Shown piece after piece: positions 21,892-31,955 of a stretch of DNA of 64,000 bases; position 1 is the stretch's first letter, and every line of letters starts with the position of its first letter. This DNA is from an uncultured Acidobacteriota bacterium (GTDB lineage: Bacteria; Acidobacteriota; UBA6911; RPQK01; JAPXNP01), in the NCBI GenBank assembly GCA_963777605.1, contig CAVZRV010000027.1, positions 128,001-192,000 on the forward strand. The letters are read 5' to 3'. The translations under genes were made by a program, and so were the position numbers. The notes beneath the pieces were generated by a model that saw only the letters and a list, made by a program, of their open reading frames with translations, was not told the origin of the DNA and made no database searches.

Positions 21892-23052
21892 ATGAGATTG
21901 AGAGTGCCGATTCTGACATTGTTTGCCATCGCTGCTTCCATCCATTTCTCTGCCTTAGGTGCAGTAACCAGGTGGACCCTTTCCGGGGTCACATTCTCGG
22001 ACGGCGGAACCGCAGAGGGATACCTTGACCTCGACCCCGGAGTAGGCGCAAACGGGACCGTCAAGAACTGGCAAATATCGGTTTCGGGAGGAAACACAAC
22101 CAGCTTTCCCGACTTTATCTATTCGTCCGCCAACTCAAACGCCGGAAGCTTCAATTTCGGAGAGACGGCGCCGCGGCTCATAATCAGCGACAAGGCGTCC
22201 AATCGGGAGATACGGCTCCAGCCTTTGGGCCTGCTGACCGACTCGGGCGGAACGGTCGGCCTGAATACTGATTCCGGGAGTCTCGAGTGTTACAACTGTT
22301 CCCCCGCCCGGCCCATGACTGCAGGTTCGCTGGTAGCCAGCTCGACGGCACCAAACTTCACGTTCTTGTTCCCCCAATTTGGGAACGGCGGCGGGTTGGT
22401 TTCGGACCTGGTGTTGACCAACACGGCTGCCGTTGCCTCATCGGTACGCGTTGAATTTCGCGGCAACGACGGCGCCCCGCTGAACCTTGGAGTGGGAAGC
22501 GTGCCTCCCGGAGCCAATACTCCCTCCGGGCCGGTATCCAGCGTGGATTTCACACTCGAACCGTACGGGACCGCAAGAGTCTCGACCGACGGTTTGGGGA
22601 ACCAGGCTCTTGCGGGCAGCGCGGTGGTTATCTCCGACCAGCGGGTCGGCGGAGTCGTCCGCTTCACCATTGCAGGCATCGGAATCGCCGGAGTCGGCTC
22701 GTCGCAGCCCATGACGCAGTTCATTGTTCCCGTGCGGCGCAAGGCCGGAACGATCAACACCGGCCTGGCACTTCAGAATGCAGGAGCCAATCCATCCCGA
22801 TTCGAACTGACGCTTCTGTCAGGAGATGGGACGGCCGTACCCAACGGGACTGCCACGATTGAGAACTTCTCTGGGTCAGGCCACCTCAGCAAATTCATTG
22901 ACGAACTCTTCCCGGACGCGGCGACGGACGACTTCGAAGGTTCCGTACGGGTCGTAGTGACCACAGGGTCGGTTACGGCAACGGCACTCGAACTGGGCAG
23001 CCAGCCCGGGCAGTTCACGACTTTGCCGGTCATCAATTTGTTGACTCAGTAG
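21892..23052 (+). CDS. Secreted protein with an N-terminal passenger domain and two C-terminal copies of the recurring module
   Basis: Signal peptide; N-terminal WTLSGVTFSDGGTAEG resembles passenger domains of PEP-CTERM-type proteins; C-terminal FLFPQFGNGGG...LVLTN and NTGLALQN...SKFIDELFP...FEGSV. Confidence 0.8.
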   Translation: MRLRVPILTLFAIAASIHFSALGAVTRWTLSGVTFSDGGTAEGYLDLDPGVGANGTVKNWQISVSGGNTTSFPDFIYSSANSNAGSFNFGETAPRLIISDKASNREIRLQPLGLLTDSGGTVGLNTDSGSLECYNCSPARPMTAGSLVASSTAPNFTFLFPQFGNGGGLVSDLVLTNTAAVASSVRVEFRGNDGAPLNLGVGSVPPGANTPSGPVSSVDFTLEPYGTARVSTDGLGNQALAGSAVVISDQRVGGVVRFTIAGIGIAGVGSSQPMTQFIVPVRRKAGTINTGLALQNAGANPSRFELTLLSGDGTAVPNGTATIENFSGSGHLSKFIDELFPDAATDDFEGSVRVVVTTGSVTATALELGSQPGQFTTLPVINLLTQ

Positions 23053-23150
23053 TCACCCGGCCCGCCGTTGGGGGGAAGCGCATTCGCTCAACGTCGCAAC
23101 CAGGTATCGGACACTCCCAGGTGCAGATCGAGAATTGAAAGGAATCTCAG

Positions 23151-23750
23151 ATGAAGATCTTGATCGTAGGAGCAACCGGAACAATTGGTCGGGCAGTGGT
23201 TGAAGAACTCGGATCTCGGCACGAGATCGTAATGGCCGGGAGGACTTCCGGAGACGTCAACATGGACATCACCGACCCGTCCTCGATGCAGAAGGTGTTG
23301 GACACAATCGGCAGCCTCGATGCCATCGTCTCGGCCGCAGGATCGGTCAAGTTCGCACCCCTCGAAGAAATGACCGACACGGACTACGAAATCGGCCTGA
23401 AAGACAAGCTGATGGGCCAGATCAACCTCGTATTGTTGGGGAGACACTCCCTGTCTGACGGCGGTTCATTCACTCTTACGACCGGCATCCTGGACCGGGA
23501 CCCGATTCGATTCGGTTCGTCGGCTTCCATGGTGAACGGGGCGGTCAACTCGTTTGTGAGAGCGGCAGCTATCGAACTTCCACGGGGACTTCGAATCAAC
23601 GCAGTCAGTCCGGGAGTGATTCAGGAGGCGATGGAGTCCTTCGCCCCTTACTTTCGGGGATTTGAACCCGTGCCGGCCGCCCGGGCTGCCCTGGCTTACT
23701 CAAAAAGTGTGGAAGGCCATCAGACAGGCCAGGTCTACTGCGTCAACTGA
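23151..23750 (+). CDS. Short-chain dehydrogenase/reductase (atypical short type)
   Basis: Rossmann motif VGATGTIG; KLMGQINLV, GSFTLTTG, RINAVSPG. Confidence 0.9.
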   Translation: MKILIVGATGTIGRAVVEELGSRHEIVMAGRTSGDVNMDITDPSSMQKVLDTIGSLDAIVSAAGSVKFAPLEEMTDTDYEIGLKDKLMGQINLVLLGRHSLSDGGSFTLTTGILDRDPIRFGSSASMVNGAVNSFVRAAAIELPRGLRINAVSPGVIQEAMESFAPYFRGFEPVPAARAALAYSKSVEGHQTGQVYCVN

Positions 23751-23799
23751 TTCGCGGTGTTAATCGAAACCCTCCGATCGAAGCTTCGAGTGCCCGGGG

Positions 23800-24714
23800 T
23801 CACGGATTGACCCGCTGGTACACTCGGACGTAGTCGACCTCGAAGCGCCCCGGGAATTCGGTCTGCGACGGGTCGCCTCCGGCCTTTCCGCCGATCGCCA
23901 GGTTGAGCAACATGTACTCCGGCTCGTGAAAGGGGTTGGCCCCCTCTGCGTCACCGTTCACGGTTTGAGAAAGGTCGGTCGAGTTGAGCAGCTGGTCATC
24001 GACGTAGAGCTTGATCTGGTTCTGGTCCCAGTCCATCCGCCAGACATGGAACTTGCTCGACCAGGCCGGGTCACCGAACTCCTCGAGCGGCTTCTTGAGA
24101 TCGTCCCAACGGGTCTCCCCGGGTTGGGCGCCGAGCCAGGCGACATTGGCCAACAACATTCCCCGGTAATACTCCATGATGTCGATCTCGCCACCACCCG
24201 GCCAGTGGCGGGCTGTCCCCAGCATCCACCAGGCCGGCCACATCCCGGGTCGCGTGTCGATTCGACCTCGCATCTCGAATCTGCCGTACAACCACTGGTG
24301 AAGCCCTCGGGTGATCAGGCAGGCTGACGTGTAGTCGGCGTACTTGCGGTTGCGGCGCCAGTCCCGCGAGCCCTCTTCGTAGCGGGGATTCTCGAACTTT
24401 TCTCTCCGGGCCTCGATAATCAGCATCCCGCCTTCGCAGCGCGCGTTCTCGGGCCGGTAGTACTGGAGTTCCTCATTGCGAACGAAACCCTGTTCGTAGG
24501 TCCAGTTGCGCGGATCAGGGGCGCCGTCCCGGTCGAATTCGTCAGCCCAGACCAGTGCGTATCCTTCCTGCCGTGGTGCCTTGACGACGTTGGAGTTCCG
24601 GGCTCGCAACGACGACTGGAAAGGAGGGGGCTTGAGAGCCGCCTGTTCAGCGGGAACTGCGGGAATTCCAAGGCTCATCAACCAGAACAGAGCTACCGTG
24701 ACAAATCCAAACAT
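23800..24714 (-). CDS. Secreted GH16 glycoside hydrolase (laminarinase/beta-glucanase-like)
   Basis: LVWADEF, NEELQYY, YGRFEMR, WPAWWMLG, catalytic GEIDIMEY, NLAIGG, VDYVRVYQ; ATG at 24714 with AGGAGG. Confidence 0.93.
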   Translation of the reverse strand: MFGFVTVALFWLMSLGIPAVPAEQAALKPPPFQSSLRARNSNVVKAPRQEGYALVWADEFDRDGAPDPRNWTYEQGFVRNEELQYYRPENARCEGGMLIIEARREKFENPRYEEGSRDWRRNRKYADYTSACLITRGLHQWLYGRFEMRGRIDTRPGMWPAWWMLGTARHWPGGGEIDIMEYYRGMLLANVAWLGAQPGETRWDDLKKPLEEFGDPAWSSKFHVWRMDWDQNQIKLYVDDQLLNSTDLSQTVNGDAEGANPFHEPEYMLLNLAIGGKAGGDPSQTEFPGRFEVDYVRVYQRVNP

Positions 24715-24725
24715 CGATTTCCTCC

Positions 24726-26927
24726 TTAATCGGCCAGCCAGAGTGGAATACCGAGAAGCGCCTTTACGGCAACCGGCTTGCCTTCGAAGATCGCCGGGCG
24801 GAACACCCATTCTTTAAGGGCATCGATCACAAACATGTTCAGCCGGGGATCCGGGGAATCCTTGATCTCCAACTGTTCCATGCGACCTTCTGTATTGATG
24901 ATCGAGTAAATGATCACCGTCTTTCCAAGATTCGGGCGTACTAACTTTGATGGATATTCCGGACGCTTTTTGGACGCCGGAAAAGGCAACAGGAGGCCCT
25001 CGCCTCTCGGGTCTTCATCCTGGCTTTCGTTTGCCTGGACATTGGTGCCCCGAATCGCAGCGAATTCAAGCGTCCAGGAAGGAGCAGTATCCCTCTCCTC
25101 TTCCCGCATATCCAGATAAACCGTGTAGACCTGTTCATCAGTGAACATCCCAAAGGACGGCAAACCACCGCCGCCGTTCTCTGTCGAAACGATGAAGAGT
25201 CCGTACGAAGTTTTCACCGGTCGCGGGGCGGGTGTCACCCGGATCGTTCCGGAACTCGTTCCGGTGGTTCCGCTACCTCCGACTATCGTGATCCCGGCGA
25301 ATGGTTTCGCTCCCGATCCGGATCCGGATCCGGTGCCGGAGCCAAACGCGGGGATCGAAACCACGGCCGCGAAACCGGCGTCGGTCCCCGAGCCGGATCC
25401 GGACCCCGTGCTTCTTCCGGTCCCTGGGCCCGCATTCGCCGTAGATCCCGCGTCGCCCGCTCCCCGAAGACCTCCTCCGCCCGCGCCGGCGCTGGCCGTT
25501 GCCTTGGACCCGAAACTGATGTTGACCACGGGCCCGGCCGGCTCATCAGCCGGGCTGCGGCCGGAATCAGCCGATTCCACGACCGGTGACACGGAGTCTG
25601 GTTGACTTGCAGCAGGCGAACTCGGTTCGGTAGCAGTCGTGTCGAGGTTCGGGTTCGGGGATATCGCGAAATGCCCGCGAGCTTCTCCGATCGGGATGTC
25701 GAACGGTCGGTCCCGCGGTGCCGGCAGCGGGCTCAACGAAAGCAGGTTCCCTGGATCGGTTCCATCGAGGGGGAACAGGTCGGGATCCACCGGGTTGACT
25801 TCCTCGGCCGATTCGGCCGAAGCCGGCGGTTCGGTTTCCGGTGCCGTTCTATCGCGCGATGCGACATCCTCTTCGCCAGAGTTTATCGCCGGTTCCACCG
25901 GGCGGGAATCAGCGACCATTTCAGTCGGTGCTTCTGCCGCTGGTGTGGGGACCGCATCGACCTCCCCTTCCGGCGGAGGTGGTGGCTCGGGATTCTTCAC
26001 AGCCCCCTGCTGAGCGACTCGAGCCGATGGCTCCGCCTGCGCAAGCTTGACCGGCGCCGGTTCAGGCTCCGGCTCCGGAGTCAACGGAATCGAAGAAGTG
26101 ACCGACGGTTCCAGATCAGGCCGCGGCTCCTGCCGGGAGGGCAACGGTTCGGCTCGAACCTGTTCGACGACCTCCTCGGGTTCCGGGGGAGGCGGGTTCA
26201 TAACCGGTTGAATCGCGGCCTGCGCCGCGTAGGGGTTGTCAACCAAAGGCCGCGCCGGGGGAAGCGGGAAGACGGGTTCCACCGCTGCGATTTCGAGGGG
26301 TTCCCTCGGCCTCGGCACTCGGAACGAATCCGACTCAACGGACTGGGGACGGTCCAATTCGATCGGCTTCGGGGGAAGTGGAGGCGGGGGAGGCTCCGAC
26401 GGCTCGATCAACACCATGTTCGGAAGCGCCAGGGGCGGCTTCAAGATCGGAAGGCTCTCCAGGTCGGGCTGGAGCAGAGTTTGAAAACGATTGGTCGGGT
26501 CAGGGGGCTCCGAGAGAATTTCCTGCGGCCCGGGATAAACGAGCCCCCGGGGTCGCGAAACTTCGCGCATCGAAGGTTCCCCCGGCGCAGCCTCACCCGG
26601 CGGGGATTCGGAACCGGGAGCGCGATGATGTCGTCCTCCGGCCACCGGAGGCAACCACATCACGTGGCGGTTCATCTCTTCTCGGGCTTCAGCCACGGCC
26701 CTTTCACGCTCGCGAAGACGGTCCTCAGGAGTCCTGAATACCGGAAACGACAAGATCAGAAACAGACCGAATGCGTGAATGGTAAGCGAACCCGGAAGGC
26801 CTCGAACAGGAAAATATAAACGGCTCAGGTCGACACTGGAGAAAGCAAATCTCGGAGGCTCCTCCCAGAGCTCAAGCAAGTTCAGGGACGTGGGCACACT
26901 CACACTCCCTATATCGAATCGTTTCAA
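24726..26927 (-). CDS. TonB-family energy transducer with very long Pro/Glu- and Gly/Ser-rich linker
   Basis: N-terminal anchor SLTIHAFGLFLIL (SxxxH); Pro-rich spacer; C-terminal INTEGRM...DALKEWVFRPA..EGKPVAV. Confidence 0.85.
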   Translation of the reverse strand: MKRFDIGSVSVPTSLNLLELWEEPPRFAFSSVDLSRLYFPVRGLPGSLTIHAFGLFLILSFPVFRTPEDRLRERERAVAEAREEMNRHVMWLPPVAGGRHHRAPGSESPPGEAAPGEPSMREVSRPRGLVYPGPQEILSEPPDPTNRFQTLLQPDLESLPILKPPLALPNMVLIEPSEPPPPPLPPKPIELDRPQSVESDSFRVPRPREPLEIAAVEPVFPLPPARPLVDNPYAAQAAIQPVMNPPPPEPEEVVEQVRAEPLPSRQEPRPDLEPSVTSSIPLTPEPEPEPAPVKLAQAEPSARVAQQGAVKNPEPPPPPEGEVDAVPTPAAEAPTEMVADSRPVEPAINSGEEDVASRDRTAPETEPPASAESAEEVNPVDPDLFPLDGTDPGNLLSLSPLPAPRDRPFDIPIGEARGHFAISPNPNLDTTATEPSSPAASQPDSVSPVVESADSGRSPADEPAGPVVNISFGSKATASAGAGGGGLRGAGDAGSTANAGPGTGRSTGSGSGSGTDAGFAAVVSIPAFGSGTGSGSGSGAKPFAGITIVGGSGTTGTSSGTIRVTPAPRPVKTSYGLFIVSTENGGGGLPSFGMFTDEQVYTVYLDMREEERDTAPSWTLEFAAIRGTNVQANESQDEDPRGEGLLLPFPASKKRPEYPSKLVRPNLGKTVIIYSIINTEGRMEQLEIKDSPDPRLNMFVIDALKEWVFRPAIFEGKPVAVKALLGIPLWLAD

Positions 26928-27088
26928 CGCTTCAGTTAATTCCCCCTGCGATCGCTCCGAGTACTCCTAATCCTGCATCCAGACCAAGCCGGACTACCCG
27001 GGAGTTCCGCAGGGATAGCAAGTCAATTGTCTTCTCGAAGAGGCGTAACGGCAAGCTGCAAGTGCGTCGGGTGACAAATTCCGAAGTC

Positions 27089-27117
27089 TTGACTCGGCTC
27101 CGATTCCCGTTTAGCGT
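27089..27117 (+). promoter_or_regulatory. Possible sigma70 promoter for the CocE/NonD hydrolase
   Basis: TTGACT-17 nt-TAGCGT just upstream of the GGAGG RBS and GTG at 27142. Confidence 0.45.
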
Positions 27118-27141
27118 GCTGAGTCACGGGAGGTCACCACA

Positions 27142-28944
27142 GTGAGAGAAGTGCCAAGAAATCAACCCATCCGTTTCCGAAAAAACAGTCCCCAGCTATT
27201 GATGCTTGTGCTAGTCGTACTCGTCTCAACCGCCACCGTCTTTCCGGCCGAGCCTGGGCCCTATGAGGTCCAGGTCGAAACCGGAGTCCGCGTAGCGATG
27301 CGGGATGGGGTCTCGCTGGTCGCCGACATCTACCGGCCGGCGGCCAGCGACAAGTTTCCGGTCCTGCTGCAACGGACTCCCTACAACCGCAAAGGAGGGG
27401 CTTCGTCGGGCCGGATCCTGGCGTCTCATGGCTACATCGTCATTTTTCAGGACACGCGGGGACGCTACGATTCGGAAGGTGATTTCTATCCGTTTCTCAA
27501 CGAACCCGACGACGGGTACGACACCGTGGAATGGGCCGCTCGCCTTCCCGGCTCCAACGGCCGGGTGGGAATGTTCGGCGGATCATACGTCGGCGCCACT
27601 CAGATGCTTGCGTCAATAGCCCGACCGCCCCACCTCGAAGCCATTTTCCCCTACGTCACGGCGGCTGAATATTACGAGGGGTGGACCTACGAGGGCGGCG
27701 CATTGATGCAGTGGTTCACCAGTTCCTGGACCTCTGGCCTGGCCGAGGACACGCTCGACCGACTGGTCAGGGCCAAACGCCAACTCAAGGACTGGAGTCT
27801 CACGATGCCGGTCGAGGACTACCCAGTTCTCAAACTGCCCACCGGCGACCAATTGGCCCCCTACTACGATGACTGGGTTCGCCACGAAACCAATGACGCC
27901 TACTGGAAACGCTGGAAGATTTCTGATCACTACGGCGAACTGGACGTCAAGAGCCTCCATTCCGGGGGGTGGCATGACATTTTCTCGGGAGGCTCGCTGA
28001 GAAATTACATGGGGCTTCGCAAGCAGGGAAAATCGGCTGAAATCCGGGATGGCCAGTACCTCCTGTTCGGTCCCTGGGCTCATGCTGCCACGTCCCCAGA
28101 AGGACAGGTCGGCGGGGTGGTCTTTGGCCATGACGCGGTTGTCGACATGGACCAGATGACGATCGACTGGTACGACTTCGTCCTGAAAGGAAAACAGAAT
28201 ACCTTTGCCTCGTCCAAGCGGGTCAAGATCTTCGTCCTGGGCGAGAACGCCTGGCGGGAAGAGGATGATTTCCCAATTCCCCGGGCAGTTGAGACGCCGC
28301 CTCTACCTGAGTTCCAGCCAACGTGCCAACAGCATCCGCGGCGACGGCCAACTGGTGTCCGCGACTCCCGGAGATTCGCGGCCGGATCACTTCGAGTACG
28401 ATCCCGAGAACCCCGTGCCGACAATTGGGGGCCGGCTCTGCTGCGGCAACGACGATTACCCTCCAGGCCCGTTCGACCAGAGCCCCAACGAAACACGCGA
28501 AGACGTACTGGTTTTTTCGACCCCTCCGCTGGATCGGGAAATGGAAGTCACCGGGTTCATCCGGCTCGAACTGTACGCCTCCACGACAGCGGCAGACACC
28601 GATTTCACGGCTCTCCTCGCGGACGTGGATCCTTCCGGGAACGCTCGCTACCTGGCCGATGGAATCGTCAGGGCCCGCTACCGGAATTCGACGGAAAAGG
28701 CGGAGCCGGTCGAGATGGGCAAAGTCTACCGGTTCGACATCGATCTCTGGGCGACGAGCAACCTGTTCAAGAAAGGCCACCAGGTACGCCTCTACGTCTC
28801 GAGCAGCAACTTTCCCCGGTTCAACAGAAACTCCAACACCGGGGTCCCGGTCTTTGGCTCATCCGGAATGGTCAAGGCGGAGCAGGCGATCTTTCACGAC
28901 CAGGAGCATCCCTCGGCACTGGTTCTCCCGGTATTCCGAGGTAA
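27142..28944 (+). CDS. Secreted CocE/NonD-family hydrolase (S15/PepX-like); indels near 28295 and 28930
   Basis: MRDGVSLVADIYRP, RTPY, DTRGRYDSEG, nucleophile GGSYVG, GPWAH. The C-terminal domain LYLSS...YDPENPVPT...SSSNFPRF lies in another frame, and the likely end is VLPV-IPR* at 28944. Confidence 0.88.
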   Translation: MREVPRNQPIRFRKNSPQLLMLVLVVLVSTATVFPAEPGPYEVQVETGVRVAMRDGVSLVADIYRPAASDKFPVLLQRTPYNRKGGASSGRILASHGYIVIFQDTRGRYDSEGDFYPFLNEPDDGYDTVEWAARLPGSNGRVGMFGGSYVGATQMLASIARPPHLEAIFPYVTAAEYYEGWTYEGGALMQWFTSSWTSGLAEDTLDRLVRAKRQLKDWSLTMPVEDYPVLKLPTGDQLAPYYDDWVRHETNDAYWKRWKISDHYGELDVKSLHSGGWHDIFSGGSLRNYMGLRKQGKSAEIRDGQYLLFGPWAHAATSPEGQVGGVVFGHDAVVDMDQMTIDWYDFVLKGKQNTFASSKRVKIFVLGENAWREEDDFPIPRAVETPPLPEFQPTCQQHPRRRPTGVRDSRRFAAGSLRVRSREPRADNWGPALLRQRRLPSRPVRPEPQRNTRRRTGFFDPSAGSGNGSHRVHPARTVRLHDSGRHRFHGSPRGRGSFRERSLPGRWNRQGPLPEFDGKGGAGRDGQSLPVRHRSLGDEQPVQERPPGTPLRLEQQLSPVQQKLQHRGPGLWLIRNGQGGAGDLSRPGASLGTGSPGIPR

Positions 28945-29039
28945 TCCCCTGGGCAGCGCGGATCAATTGAGACTCGGATCCTCGATCAATCAAGCGGAAA
29001 TTCCAGAGACAGTTCCGCGACTTGGCGCGTTTTTCCAAC

Positions 29040-30431
29040 GGCTTCCAAACAGCTGACCGTGCTCGGCCGTCAGAACATCCATGAGGACTCTTCGACGCCG
29101 GCGCTACCAGAGAAGAACCCGGACTGGTTTCATAACCACCCTGGCTGTAGGCAACCCGGGTCCCGATGTATCCCGGGCCGTAGTCTCCGTACGCCGCCAT
29201 GGCAATGAACCGGTCGGGGCGCATCTTCTGGGCCGCCAACTGGTATTCCACGAAAAGCTCCCCGGGCATCTGAAAAACCATCGCATCGCCGAGCCGGAGA
29301 CAGGTGATCTCCGTCTTCTCGGCTCTCTGGGTCCGCAGCAGCCAGGCCAATCCCTTGGCAGCCGACAGTCTCGCCGCATCGTCGGCTCCAGGGTCCCGCA
29401 ATACTCCAAGAAGCTCCTTTTCGTTCAGGTGAGACGCAGCCGGCAATATCACGTCGATCGAACGCCATTCGACCAGCGAACTGTCGATCGGCTTCCGCGC
29501 AGTTCCATCCCAGGCCCGCTTCATGGCATCGACCAGTCGATCAGCGAGCACTCGCCGGTTCTCCCTGGCCCCGTCGTTCCACTTTCCGGCGCCCACATTC
29601 CCCGCCGCGCCGGTGAAGTGGATGTGGGGGATCCCGGTCGCCGCCTCCCGGTCGTTTCGAGCCATGCCAGGGAAGTCGGGATTGGCACCGCCCGGTGCGG
29701 TAGTAACTCTGAGGGTGAGTCGCGTAATAGGTCAGGACCACAAGCGGTTCGTCCCCGTGCCACAGGCTCACCATCTTCAGGGACGGATCGATGGTACCGA
29801 CGGGCATGGCCCGGATCTTGGGATCCGTACAGGCCGTCCACCGGGTGAATGCCACTTTTCCGTCGGGGCCCAGGATGCGCCGGTTGGAGGCAATCTGCTC
29901 GACCTTGGCGGATCCCAGCCCAACCTGAGACACCGAACGCGCCTCTCCAATGGAGTCACGGAGGGCATCGGCGGCGCGATCCATCACTTTTCGCGCAAAG
30001 GCCGAGTCGTAGGCGTGGACCTGAGGAGCATATTCCTTCAGCAGCTCGTCCGAGGAAAAATCACAACGGGGAGCGTCGTGTTGATGGAGGCTGTGGACGG
30101 CAACGCGATCGACCGTGGTTCCGGCCGCATGTGCCAACCGGGTTCGGAATTCCGTCTGTGACGCATTGGCCACTCCCAGCCAGTCGATCGTGCAGATCAC
30201 GATCGGCTCTCCATGCCCCATCAGGACCAGACCTCGACAACTCAGCGGACTGGTGACCTCTTTCGTAGGGTCGTATGCGAGCGGGCTTCCGATCGCCGGG
30301 GAGGCGTCCACCTCAAACGTCGCGACCCGCAATGGCTGTTCGGCCGCCGCCAAACCCGGCGCGCCGGCCCAGACCCATACCAGCACCACAATTGTGACCA
30401 GGAAGTACCGGGAGAAGCAGGGTTTTGTCAT
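29040..30431 (-). CDS. Secreted conserved protein resembling neutral/alkaline ceramidase-like hydrolases; frameshifted, 3' end uncertain
   Basis: Signal peptide; VHSLHQHDAP, YATHPQSYY; the next frame has HFTGAAGNV..GK, QMPGELFVEYQL, AAYGDYGPGYI...GGYE. Frame switch near 29680 and probably again near 29090. Confidence 0.7.
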
Positions 30432-30557
30432 TGCCTTCACTTTATATGGGTGGAAATGGTCATGCAATGGCGTATGCTGGGCTCCAGAGGTGAGAGAAGA
30501 AGATCGGGAATCTGAGACTGAAAGCCGGATCGATTCTCGTTTTGGAGGGAGAAAACG

Positions 30558-31925
30558 ATGAGCAAGTTCAGTCTGACGCGAAGGCAGTTCATGGCAGCAA
30601 CCTCCGCTGCGACGCTATCGGCATCCGGGTCGGCAAGTGCAGCCCCGGCGGTCTGGGGAAATCGCGACAAGGGAAAGCTGGCGATCTTCGGCGGTGAACC
30701 GGTCCGCACCAGGTCCTTTCCCGAATGGCCTTACTGGGACGACGACGTGCTAAACTCAATTGTCTCGACGGTCAAGAGCCGTAAATGGTGCCGAATCGAG
30801 GCCCCCGAGACCGGTACGGTGGTCACCTTTGAGCGGAAATACGCCGAGTTGCTCGGGGCCGGACACTGCGTCGCCACCGGATCAGGAACCCAGGCCCTGC
30901 ACACCTGTGTCGAGGCCCTCGGAATTGGTCCTGGCGACGAGGTCATCACCTCGCCCTATACCGATCCCGGAACGATCGCTTCGATCCTGGCCGCCAGGGC
31001 ACTCCCCGTGCTTGCGGACCTCGATCCCGCGTCCTATCAAATCGATCCGCAGGACGTGGAGAGACGCATCACGCCGAACACCCGCGCCATCATGCCCGTC
31101 CACATGATGGGGCAACCCTGCGACATGGATGCGATTATGGACATCGCCCGGCGGCACGACCTGAAGGTCATCGAGGACGCTTGCCAGGCCCATCTGGCCT
31201 CCCACCGCGGTAGAAAGCTGGGTACGATCGGCGACCTGGGGTGTTTCAGCTTTCAGTCGAGCAAGACTCTGGCTTGTGGTGAAGGGGGAGCCATCGTCGG
31301 AAACAACTCCGAACTCATGGATCGATGCTACACGGTCCACAATCACGGCACCTCCCGCCGCGGCCGGACCGAACTGGCCGGGCCCAAGTACCGGATGAAC
31401 GAACTCGAAGCCGCGCTTCTCCTGGGTCAGTGGCCCGGATTGGGGGATCGTTACCAGCTCCGCAATCGAAACGCGGGCTACCTGAGCCGCCGGCTTGCGG
31501 AGATGGAAGGTCTCACGCCGCAAAAGCTCTATCCCGGAACCGAGAGCGGATCGTTTTACCTCTATCCAACTTCCTATGACAAAAGCCGCTTCGGCGGGGC
31601 CGATCGGGCCCGCTTCCTGAAGGCGGTAGCGGCGGAAGGCGTCAGCCTGAGCCCGTACATCAAGCAGGGCCTGCACCGCGAACCCTGGGTCGACAATATT
31701 CTGGGGCAGGACCTCTACCAGCAGGAGTACGGGGCATCCCGGTTGAAGGAATATCGGGATCAGCTGCCATGCCCGAATTGTGATCGGGTTTGTGAGGAGA
31801 TGGTCATGATCTGGGCGTCGGGGCCGCTCTTGGGCAACGAGTCGGATATGGACGACATCGTCAACGCAATCTTGAAAGTGCACGAACACCGGGACCAGCT
31901 TGATCGCGTCGAGGTCGATGGCTGA
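30558..31925 (+). CDS. DegT/DnrJ/EryC1/StrS PLP-dependent aminotransferase with a Tat signal
   Basis: TRRQFM twin-arginine leader; SGTQALH, GPGDEVI, IMPVH, IEDACQAH, FSFQSSK (PLP Lys), GEGGA. Confidence 0.92.
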   Translation: MSKFSLTRRQFMAATSAATLSASGSASAAPAVWGNRDKGKLAIFGGEPVRTRSFPEWPYWDDDVLNSIVSTVKSRKWCRIEAPETGTVVTFERKYAELLGAGHCVATGSGTQALHTCVEALGIGPGDEVITSPYTDPGTIASILAARALPVLADLDPASYQIDPQDVERRITPNTRAIMPVHMMGQPCDMDAIMDIARRHDLKVIEDACQAHLASHRGRKLGTIGDLGCFSFQSSKTLACGEGGAIVGNNSELMDRCYTVHNHGTSRRGRTELAGPKYRMNELEAALLLGQWPGLGDRYQLRNRNAGYLSRRLAEMEGLTPQKLYPGTESGSFYLYPTSYDKSRFGGADRARFLKAVAAEGVSLSPYIKQGLHREPWVDNILGQDLYQQEYGASRLKEYRDQLPCPNCDRVCEEMVMIWASGPLLGNESDMDDIVNAILKVHEHRDQLDRVEVDG

Positions 31926-31955
31926 TCATGGTGAATCGGGAAGGAGACCAGGCGA

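Noticed and set aside
25300-25420. GATCCG repeats as a DNA repeat element
   Set aside because: They encode the Gly-Ser linker of the TonB protein.
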